Source: Octopus vulgaris
Taxonomy: Eukaryota
Assembly (NCBI GenBank): GCA_951406725.2
Contig: OX597820.1
Span: 79,174,001 to 79,238,000, forward strand
Direction of reading: 5' to 3'
DNA length: 64,000 nucleotides
The first letter of the stretch is position 1, and every line of letters starts with the position of its first letter. Shown piece after piece: positions 1 through 64,000 of the stretch. A program made the position numbers and the translations under genes. Under the pieces are notes generated by a model. The model did no database searches and was not told the origin of the DNA. It saw only the letters and a list, made by a program, of their open reading frames with translations.

Positions 1-237
1 ACGTAAAAGGCACTGGTGCCAGTGACATGTAATAGTGCTTGTGCAGTGCCAAGTAAAAGCACCCAACACACTCCGCTGTAAAGTGGTTGGCATGTTAGGA
101 AGGGCATCCAGCCATAGAAACCATGACAAAACAGACATAGAGCCTGGTGCAGCTCTCTAGTTTGCCAGCTCTGGTCAAACCAGCCAACCTATGCCAACAT
201 GGACAACAGACATTAAATGATGATGATGATAATGATG
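1..237 (+). mobile_element. 3' UTR/tail fragment of the dominant RTE-type LINE family
   Basis: gtaaaagcacc units, ggaagggcatccagc, ccatgccagcatgg-like motif, (GAT)n tail; same tail as the LINE at 28980-30200. Confidence 0.7.
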
Positions 238-269
238 ACAATATATATATATATATTCTTTTCTTTTAT

Positions 270-580
270 TCTTTTACTTGTTTCAATCATTTGACTGCAG
301 CCATGCTGGAGCACTGCCTTTAGTCGAACAAATGGACAAATCGACCCCAGAACTTATTCTTTGTAAGCCTAGTACTTAATCTATAGGTCTCTTTTGCCAA
401 ACCGCTAACTTATGGGGATGTAAACACACCAGCATCAGTTGTCAAGCGATGTTGGGGAACAGACACACAAACACACACATATATACATATATACGACAGG
501 CTTCTTTCAGTTTCTATCTACCAAATCCTCTCACAAGGCTTTGGCCGGCTCGAGGCTATAGTAGAAGATACTAACCACGC
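270..580 (-). mobile_element. tRNA-derived CORE-like SINE, 5'-truncated
   Basis: Matches many copies in the window (tgactgaaacaagtaaaag end, ggatttggtagatggaaactgaaagaagcc). Confidence 0.75.
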
Positions 581-2779
581 AGTCACTCCTACACCTATAC
601 ATATATACATACAAATGTATATGTGTATATATTTTAGCAATGTGTTACAGATATAAAGGATCAGCAAGGAAATTTATAAACTGCTGTTTGCAAACAAAAA
701 TCCCGTGTGATATTTAGTTTCACCCAAGTTGCATATGAATCCCTTATCACTCTCATCATTGTAAACACAATAAACCTGCAACTGGCTCCTCTAATCAATG
801 ATATCATTGTTCACAAAATCTGATATTTAATCTCAACCAAGTAAAAAACCAAAATAAAAAATTGTGTTCAAGTTCTCTCACGCGATATTCATTCCTCAAT
901 TATTTTAGAGCAAGTATAAATATTCTTATACAGAATTAATCTGAAGATACTATTGTAAGGATTGTGCTATTTATATATTGGAAATGATTACCAAGAAGTT
1001 AGAATTTTGATTGTTGTTACATTTTGTTTTTAAAGATAACAGGAAGATTTTTGAATGAGATCTGGCTGTCACATACGTAGGTGGAATGATGACTCACACA
1101 TTGTTTAGCAATGTTTATTCAACAGCTTCAAAGTACACTGTTATATTTGTACAATATACAATAATAGACTATTTCTATGGTTGCTGTATTACGATGGTAT
1201 TATATTAATATATTTTGAAATATCTATTCAGCTTTATATCCAAACAACTCAGTTGTATAACTGTACAACAATATTTATATCTACATAACCATATGTTGAA
1301 ACATATGTGAGTATATTTTTACAACTAATAAATCATTCTCAATTATATTTGATAATTAGAAAATCATTATTTGTAAATCTTGTGAGATTTACAAATAGTA
1401 ATTTTCTAATTTATAGATCACTGACTAGTTGTCACTTTAAAAACTATATATTTTGAATGAGAATTTGGCAGCACCACTTCTAACCGAACAATCATTCCAT
1501 GCTGATGAAAGGAAATAACCTGGAAATTGCGATACACAGATATTGTTTTGAGCTGAGTGGGGGTGCTAGATTCCCTTGTTCAAAGATATAAGGACACAGA
1601 TCGTGTCGTATAACCAGCTGGAGACGCTGTCTCCTGGGATGAAATTACAGCAACATTTGTCCTAAAGCAGGACTGCCATGTTATGTTGGCAAATAATCTT
1701 TACTCCATATTTGATAATATTTTCTACTTAATAGATATTTATCCAACTAGTACCATAATTATTGTTTTAACTTCTCCTTTACCATGCTTCCATGGGTTGG
1801 ATGAAACTTACTGGGGTGGATTTTCTACCAACAGAAGCCCTTCCTGTTCGCAAGCATCACCTGTTTCCATGCAAGATAATATTTCTACATGACTAGGCAT
1901 ACCTCAGAAGATTGGAAATGAAGGACACAGCTTGTATGACGGGTGGCACTTGCTTACCGCAATTACATAAAACAAGGAGACAGTAACATACATACATTAT
2001 ATATGTATGTAGGTATGAATGTATGTATGTTTGTATGTGTGTGTACATGCATGTGTGTGTGTGTGTGTGCATGTGTGTTTGTAGGTCCCCAAGTTTTGAC
2101 ATCAAATGCTATTTGTAAATGAGCATCACCATCAAACAAGCAGTGTCATTTGTTTGCAATATTCTGCTAAAACATGTCTGGTCATGGGGAGTATTACCTT
2201 GCTTGAAAAAAGGAGGGGTTTGGTAACAAGAAGGGCATCAGATGATAGCAAATCTGCCTCAACAAATTCTATCCAACCCATGCAAGCATGAAAAAGAGGA
2301 AATTAAATGATGATGGTCAATAAGAACTTCTATACAGTTATGAACCGTTTAGATGATGGAAGAATGTTTTAAATTGTTGGAAATAAGTATATCTATGTTT
2401 TTATTCAGTTATATAAATTAAGCAGGTGTCAACTTGTGAAAGGGCCATTAAACCAGTCCTTCCATCTGGGGATTCATGGTAATAAATCTTGGGCAAGTGC
2501 TAACGATCTCTGCAGTCTCCCATAATAGGGTTACAATAAACTACAGCAGAATGGATGGAAGTCGTCATCATCATCATCGTCATCATCGTCATCAACATCA
2601 TCATCTTCATCATTGTCATCATCATCATCATCATCATCATCATTGTATCTCATGATCTGAAGACCCTGAGTACATCAACAAACTCCAGCCAATTCCTCTT
2701 CTGCCAGGCAGTCCAGTAGAATATCACTGAACTGGTTTCAATCCCAACAGATTTGCCTCAACAGCTTTCAGTGTAAGTG

Positions 2780-3260
2780 CAGGCATAGCTGTGTGGTAAG
2801 AAATTTGCTTCTCAATTACATGGTTCCAGGTTCAGTCCTATTGCATGACTCCATGAGCAAGTATCTTCTACTATAACCATGGGCTGACCAAAGCCTTGTG
2901 ATTGGATTTGGTAGATGGAAACTGAAGGAAGCCCATTCTGTGTGTGTGTGTGTGTGCATGTGTATCTATGTGCATGCATGTTTGGGGGTGCATGTGTATG
3001 CATGTGCATGCATATGCGTGTGCACATGAGTACATGTGTGCATGTGTGTGTCTTTGTGTCTGTTTGTCCCCACCACTGCTTGACAATTGGTGCTGGTGTG
3101 TTTAGATCTCCACGCATTAGCGCTTCAATAAAAGAGACCAATAAAATAAATACCAGGCTTAAAAAATAAAAATACTGGGGTTGATTCATTCAAGTAAAAA
3201 TTCTTCAAAGGCTGCCCCAGCATGGCCACAGTCTAATGACTGAAACAAGTAAAAGCTAAA
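2780..3260 (+). mobile_element. tRNA-derived CORE-like SINE with internal (GT)n
   Basis: A-box-like tagctgtgtggtaag, B-box-like ggttcagtcc, caagt core, conserved 3' end. Confidence 0.8.
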
Positions 3261-3375
3261 AATAAAAAAGATTAAAACAGTAAGGGTCGGAAGAGCCACC
3301 GCCTGATATTCTGCTCTCTAAGTTTCCCCATTGAGCTTGTCTTAATGATGATAATGGTTTAAATATTGCACCAAC

Positions 3376-57508
<54,133 letters not shown>

Positions 57509-57589
57509 CTGTGGAAGAATATAGGGATGAGAGAATGTTAGAATGAAAGAATGATGAGATTGAAGCAGAAAAAAATGATCGAGGGGAGA

Positions 57590-58420
57590 GAGAAGGAGTG
57601 AGTGTAAGTGGAGTGTAAGAAGTGAGTGTGAGTGGAGTGGAAGTGGTGAGTGAGTGAAGTGGAAGGAGTGAGTGAATGACTGTGTGTGAGTGGAGTGGAA
57701 TGAGTGCATGTGAGCAGAGTGGAATGAGTGAGTGCGAGTGGAATAGAATGAGTGTGAATGGAGTGGAACAAGTGAGTGCGAGTGGAATGAGTGAGTGTGA
57801 GTGGAGTTGAACGAGTGAGTGAGAGTGGAGGGGAACGAGTGAGCATGAGTGGAATAGAATGTGGAGTGGAACAAGTGTGAATGGAGTGGATAGAGTGAGT
57901 GAGAATGGAGGGGAACGATTGAGTGTGAGTGGAGTGTAACGAGTGAGTGTGAGTGGAGTGGAATGAGTGAGTGTAAGTAGAATAGAATGAGTGAGTGTGA
58001 GTGGAGTGGAACGAGTGAGTGTGAGTGGAGTGGAACAAGTGAGTGTGAGTGGAGTGAAATGAATGTGAGTGGAGTGGAACGAGTGAGTGTGAGGAGAGTG
58101 GAGTGGAATGAGTGAGTGTGAGTGGAGTGGAACGAATGAGTGTGGGTAGAGTGGAACAAGTGAGTGTGACTGGAATGGAATGACTGAGTATGAGTGGAGT
58201 GAAATGAATATGAGTGGAGTGGAACGAATGAGTGTAAGTGGAGTGGAACGAGTGAGTATGAGTGAAATGGAATGAGTGAGTGTAAGTGGAGTGGAACAAG
58301 TGTGAGTAGAGTGGAATGAATTAATGACTGTGAGTGGAGTGAGTGACTGACTGATTGAGTGTGTGAGTGGAGTGAATAAGTGAGTGACTGATTAAGTGAT
58401 TGTGTGTGAGGGGAGTGAGA
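57590..58420. repeat. (GAGTG/GAAT)-based degenerate satellite, ~21-bp higher-order unit
   Basis: gagtggagtggaacgagtgagtgt repeated. Confidence 0.9.
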
Positions 58421-59045
58421 GAGTTAGGAAACAGTGAATTAAAGACAGAAAGCACCCGGCACACACATTACAGCAGAATAGTATAATTCACCAATGCAAA
58501 ATATTGTCTACATTGCAAACTTTATGAATGATTCATTATCAATAAACATAATCGCAATAATGTTGACATCTTTATCGCACATATCACACATATTAAGTAT
58601 TATCTAGGAATGCTATCTCACCAAGTCTGATATCTCCATCATATATAATATATTTTATTGAGAAATACTATCTCGCCAATACTGACAGCTCTACCATACA
58701 CACACACGCACAATTTACAAACATCATTTCATGTATGCTAATGCTGGTGGTGGTGCTGATGCGAAATTTGAAGAGCATCCTTTAATTCTTTGTCCTTTAT
58801 TTTCTTATTTGTTAGTGATTTTTGCAAGCTGATATCAATAGTATGTTTCTCCAGATTTCGATATTTATCAAGCATGGACATGGCTGAGAGGTTAAAAAGC
58901 TGGCTTTGCAATCATGTGTGATTTCAGGTTCATTCCTGCTGCATGACACCACAGGCAAGTGTCTTCATTCATTGCCTTAGCCTTGGCCTGAACAATGACT
59001 TGTGAATGAAATTAGGAAATTTAAACTGTACAGAAGCCTGTTGCA

Positions 59046-59094
<49 letters not shown>

Positions 59095-59355
59095 CCCTCA
59101 TAGCAGAATCACTACCAGAACTAGAGAAGAAACTTCAAGTGTGGAAGCAAGGTTTAGAATTGAAGGGCCTTACAGTCAATGTTGCAAAGACCAAAGTTCT
59201 AGTAAGTAGGAAGGCAAACACATCACGCACCCCTTCAGGTAGGTGGCCCTGCTCAATCTGTAGAAAAGGTGTAGGTAGAAACTCTATAAGATGTACCCAG
59301 TGTAAGCTATGGACACATAAGAGGTGCAGCAACATCAAAGGAAGATTAACCGGTA
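59095..59355 (+). mobile_element. RTE ORF2 internal fragment with a Cys/His-rich motif
   Basis: WKQGLELKGLTVNVAKTKVL...WPCSICRKGVGRNSIRCTQCKLWTHKRC. Confidence 0.8.
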
Positions 59356-60281
59356 AGTTGTCAAGCAGTGGGGTTTGGGGAGAGGGGAGGAAACAAACTC
59401 ATGCATATATATATCTCAATATAACAAAAATACTTAGGATAGTTCCAACTCATAGTGGCTGTGTGATTGGTAGTTCAGAATCTCATGGTCACTATCGGAA
59501 TCTCATGGTTGCAGCGCAAATAAAAAAATAAATAAATTTACAATTCTAAATCAACTTCATTATCATAAACCTATCAGATCACAGTCTCCTCATAATAGTC
59601 ATTTTATTCTAATCTAATTCCAATTCTTGTATTGGATGTCAGTTAGGATTGAATCTTTTGTGTGTTCGTTCAATACAACCTGATGATCTTGCATTTTTGA
59701 TTTTGGTTCTTTTTTGCAACTAAAATTTAACTGGAATGATGTTAAAACAGACTTAATGACTCAACTCTTTAGAATATTGCTAAAAGCTGTCACCTATAAA
59801 TTGCTAATGTAAATCAACAACTAATCAGATCAATATTTGACCTGATGAATGTTTGATGCAGCAAAAAGATGGATCAATGGTTAAAGTACAGGTACTTCAA
59901 TGTCTGAGATTCAGGTCAATAGAGTATGAAGCTAGGTTAGAAATAAGAAGGGTACGTGTGGAGATTATCATTTGTGTAACTGCCAATATAACAGAATAGA
60001 AGAATGTTGTGGTTAAAAATCTGGAACACCAGATTTATGGTTTGAAGTTTAGACTTGGTTAGAATTCTAGAATATCTTTTACTTGTTTTAGTAATTTGAC
60101 TGCGACCATGCTGGGGCACTGCCTTGAAGAATTTTTAGTTGAATGAATTGATCCTAGTACTTATATTTTGTTAAACTTGCTACTTGTTCTATTGGTCTCT
60201 TTGCCAAACTGCTAAGTTACAGGGACATAAACACACCAACACCGGTTGTCAAGCAGTGGTGGAGGACAAGCACAGACACAC

Positions 60282-60329
<48 letters not shown>

Positions 60330-60739
60330 TCATCATCATCATCGTTTAACATCTGCTTTCCATGCTAGCGTGCGTTGGACGATTTGACTAAGAACTGGTG
60401 AACCAGATGGTAGCCCCAGGCTCCAATCTGATCTGGCAGAGTTTCTACAGCTGGATGCCCTTCCTAACGCCAACCACTCCGAGAGTGTAGTGGGTGCTTT
60501 TACGTGCCACTGGCACGAGGGCCAGTCAGGTGATACTGGCAAATGCCATGCTCAAGTGGTGTTTTTTACAAGCCACCAACACAGGAGCCAGTCCAGCGGC
60601 ATGGGCAACAACCTTGCTCAAATGTTTTTCATGCGCCAGTAAGGTAACGCTGGTAATGATCATGTTTGAATGGTGCTTTTTACATGCCACCGGCACAGAA
60701 GCTAGTCAGCTGCTCTGGCAGCAATCATGCTCGGATGCT

Positions 60740-61180
60740 TTGCTCCATATATGCTCTTTCAGGGACACTCCCAGCATTGGTCTTTCCATAGCTCTTTGAG
60801 CAGTTACTAGACTCTGCTCCTCTCTCTTCATTCTGGCTCAGGTTACACCCCTGTACAAAACTGCAGGTAAAAACTGTGTCGCTGAAGAGATTGGTGTGAG
60901 CGGTCCTATCCAGCTTTCCTTTGAGTACATCTTTGATGCAGTTGAATACATTGCTCGCTTGACTGAGAATCTGTGGACTCATGCAGTTGTCGAGTGATGT
61001 CTGTATGAATGGAAGAGGCTACTTGGAAGGCCCCTAAATCGGTGAGTTGATGAAATACGTCAAGCATTTGGAGCTATGTGGATGAGGAAGACATGATCTA
61101 GAGAGGAATGGACAGCATGCTGTGACCATTGGTGTCAAAACGATGCCCAACAGTCTGGTTGGTCAAGGTAATCACGGTAA
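60740..61180 (+). mobile_element. RTE-1-like LINE 3' fragment with an inverted 5' part
   Basis: 60740-60950 minus: FNCIKDVLKGKL...AQRAMERPMLGVSLKEHI. 60948-61180 plus: IARLTENLWTHAVVE*...KRLLGRP...WMRK, with a caaggtaat tail. Confidence 0.7.
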
Positions 61181-61339
61181 TATTTCAGAACAATCCTTTG
61201 CAAGTGTTGTCAGTTATTTCTTCACACAGCACCCAAGAAACATATTTTCATTCATCAACTCAGTCACTCCCACAACAGATCAACTCCCTCCAGCAACAAC
61301 ATCAACCAAAATGGCATTTTGTTTTCCATTAAATTCAAT

Positions 61340-61835
61340 AGATCCGGCAAGCCAAATGAGACCATAACCATACGAGTGTGATCGTTGACAGAGCAGCTAT
61401 TCAAGTATGATCGTTACCAGCGTCACCTTACTGGCACTTATACCTGTGCTAGTAGGGTGCCAAGAGCACCATCCGAGCATGATCGTTGCCAGAGCAGCCA
61501 ACTGGCTTCCGTACCCGTGGCACATAAAAGGGCCCCATTCAAGCATGGTCATTACCAATGTCGCTTCACTGACACCTCTGCTGGTGGCACGTGTAAAAAG
61601 ATTCGAGCGAGGTCATTGCCAGTACCGCCTGACTGGCCCCCGTGCCGGTGGCATGTAAAAAGCACCCACTACACTCTTGGAGTGGTTGGCATTAGGAAGG
61701 GCATCCAGCTGTAGAAACTCTGCCAGATCAAGATTGGAGCCTGGTGCAGCCATCTGGTACGCCGGCCCTCAGTCAAAATCTTACAACCCATGCTAGCATG
61801 GAAAGCGGATATTAAACGATGATGATGATGATGTA
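61340..61835 (+). mobile_element. RTE 3' UTR/tail fragment
   Basis: Tandem modules plus (GAT)n. Confidence 0.72.
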
Positions 61836-63243
61836 CCATACAAGTTAGTCATGTTTTTAATCCATTTACTCTAATACCTAATTTTTGACACAAATGCTGA
61901 TTGTTTCATTTGTATATTTTGGAATCAGTAATTTTTTAAATGCATCAGTATGTTTCCTGGATAATCCTTCACCAGATGTGCAAATAGTAATATAATCGAT
62001 TTCTTTATAACATTTTAAACCATAATCTTTGATTTCTTTGTGAAAAAAAATTTACATTTTTCTTTATGACATTTTAAGCCACATTCTTTTAACTAATTGA
62101 ATATTATTTCTAAATTATTTCAATGTTTTTCATCCAAGAAATGTTGTCAACCAGCCACGCCTAAACTTAATTATTATTTTTCATAATTAATTGTCTAATT
62201 AGGTTATTATTCGTTGAATAATCAATTTATAATTTCATCATCATCCTCATCATCATCATGATGTCTATCATTACTATTATTGTTGTTGTTGTTGTTACCT
62301 CATGATGATGATGATGAAGACAACGACTTACCAAAATTACTTTATATTCCATAGTTTATTATTTCGTCAAATAATTTCAACAGATTATTTCTCCATCATA
62401 TAATTTTGTTAAATTTCTCATAATACTATTAAACAGATCTAGTTTAAGAAAATAGCTTACCAAATTGAAATTAACTGGAATGGCATAGGAGACATAATTT
62501 TTTAAATGCAGAAACAACAGAAATACAATAGACAAATGGAAAATGTGTTGGGAATGTGTTGTGTGCTTGTGCATGATTTATAGTGATTGAGATTATAACA
62601 TTCCCCCACCTGGATGGGATGCCAGCCTATCACAGCGTTAACTTCCCAGTTATTGCTCAGCTCTGGGTGCATTGCTTCTTATAGCAGAAACAACTGTAAG
62701 CTAATGAAAGTGATTATGCAACACCAGTATTATTTTTTTTGTCATTTATTAAAGGTGTAGCTGTGTGGTAAGAGGTTTTCTTCCCAACCTCATGGTTCTG
62801 GGTTCAGTCCTACTGCATGGCACTTTGGGTAAGTGTCTTCTACTACAGCCTTGGGCTGACCAAAGTCTTGTGAGTGGATTTGGTAGATGGAAACTGAAAG
62901 AAGCCCATCGTATATATCTATGTGTGTGCACATTTGTGTTTGTCCCTTACCATTGTTTGACAACCTGTGTTGGTTCGTTTACATCCCCATAACTTAGTGG
63001 TTTGGTAAAAAGTGACTGATAGAATAAATACTGGTAGTGGTGGACTGGCCAGATTGCCAGCTTGCCTGATGGCAAGTGGGCCCCTGCACCATTAGAATCC
63101 ATATATGGGGGCCCATCCCCTCAAGTTTGATAAATTTTTATTCACTCCTGGAAGAATGCATTAATTATTTCCGCCAGGCTGTGTTTGTAGACAGTTGAAA
63201 AGAATACTTTTAACAAAAAAAAAAGAAAATTAAATGATAGCAT

Positions 63244-63474
63244 TGTAGTTGTGGGTGAGCCCCCTTGTAGTTACAGGTGGGTCTCCTTGTAGTTGAGGGT
63301 GGGCCCCCTTGTAGTTAAGGGTGGGCTCCCTTGTAGTTGTGGGTGGGCCCCCATGTAGTTGCAGGTAGGTCTCCTTGTAGTCGCGGGTGGGCTCCCTTGT
63401 AGTTGTGGGTGAGCCCCCCTGTAGTTGCGGGTGGGCCTTCTTGTAGTCGCGGGTGGGCTCCCTTATAGTTGTAG
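63244..63474. repeat. Minisatellite ~10 x 22 bp (tgtagttgtgggtgggctccct)
   Basis: Direct inspection. Confidence 0.88.
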
Positions 63475-63503
63475 ATGAGAACCCAGGTTCAAAATTTCCC
63501 CAA

Positions 63504-63549
63504 GACACCTGATGAAGGCTGGAGGGTATATCAACCGAAACGTTGTGTT
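63504..63549 (+). ncRNA. Minimal type-I hammerhead ribozyme motif (family A)
   Basis: GACAC-CUGAUGA-A-GGCUG...CAACC-GAAA-CGUU-GUGUU, palindromic AACGUU stem III; repeat copy ~63475-63605. Confidence 0.72.
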
Positions 63550-63689
63550 AACAATAAACAAGATGAGGACAAATATCCGTCAAATGTAAATAATGTAAAT
63601 AATGCAAATAATGAATAAGTGATATTTTAAAAAAGAACATTCAAATTTATAGAGAAATTAGAAGTATAACAGGCATGCATATATATATA

Positions 63690-64000
63690 TTCCTTTACTC
63701 CTTTATTTGTTTCAGTCATGTGACTGTGGCCATGCTGGAGCACCGCCTTTAGTCGAATAAATTGAACCCAGGACTTATTCTTTGTAAGCCTAGTACTTAT
63801 TCTATCATTCTCCTTTGCAGAATTGCTAGGTTACGGGGATGTAAACACACCAGCATCAGTTGTCAAACGATGTCGAGGGGACAAACTCACACACACATAT
63901 ATATATATATATTTATACAATGGGCTTCTTTCAGTTTCTGTCTACCAAATCCACTCACAAGGCTTTTGTCTTTGGTGAAGACAATTGCCCAAAGTGCCAC
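63690..64000 (-). mobile_element. CORE-like SINE running off the window edge
   Basis: Family match. Confidence 0.75.

Noticed and set aside
1500-1680. GC-richer segment with an AG acceptor as the next DCDC1 exon
   Set aside because: The required phase-1 frame stops after 5 codons (GQMLL*) and does not resemble the expected continuation
2410-2500. Minus-strand YHESPDGR peptide vaguely like the DCDC1 C-terminal region
   Set aside because: In-frame stop just upstream, incompatible phase and no convincing donor
62332-62352. Possible upstream mini-exon MEYKVIL/gtaagt in phase with exon 57508
   Set aside because: Strong donor, but AT-rich with upstream stops and no recognisable homology; cannot be supported without RNA data

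Overview
Eukaryotic, AT-rich and microsatellite-rich genomic DNA. The repeat landscape suggests an Octopus-like cephalopod, which is an inference and not a database match. The window lies inside one large minus-strand, intron-rich gene. I hand-spliced 11 internal coding exons from 57508 down to 3376 (1804 nt, about 601 codons). All introns are GT-AG, the phases agree and there are no stops. The product has ricin-B/QxW-type repeats and a doublecortin (DCX) domain, so it is DCDC1/DCDC5-like; its start and end appear to lie outside the window. The introns are filled with tRNA-derived SINEs (CORE-, Deu/Nin- and Meta-domain-like), RTE and CR1 LINE 3' fragments, non-autonomous Helitrons, mariner and hAT remnants, a short Gypsy-type LTR, minisatellites and long simple repeats. 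Most ORF-track calls are microsatellite artefacts. The most notable observation is a set of minimal type-I hammerhead ribozyme motifs of the Penelope pseudo-LTR kind. One of them sits in an element that joins a tRNA-like Pol III head, (AAT)n and a hammerhead, and it appears to have inserted together with an inverted partial copy between imperfect TSDs. This is a candidate Penelope-mobilised, ribozyme-bearing SINE. Repeat boundaries are approximate.
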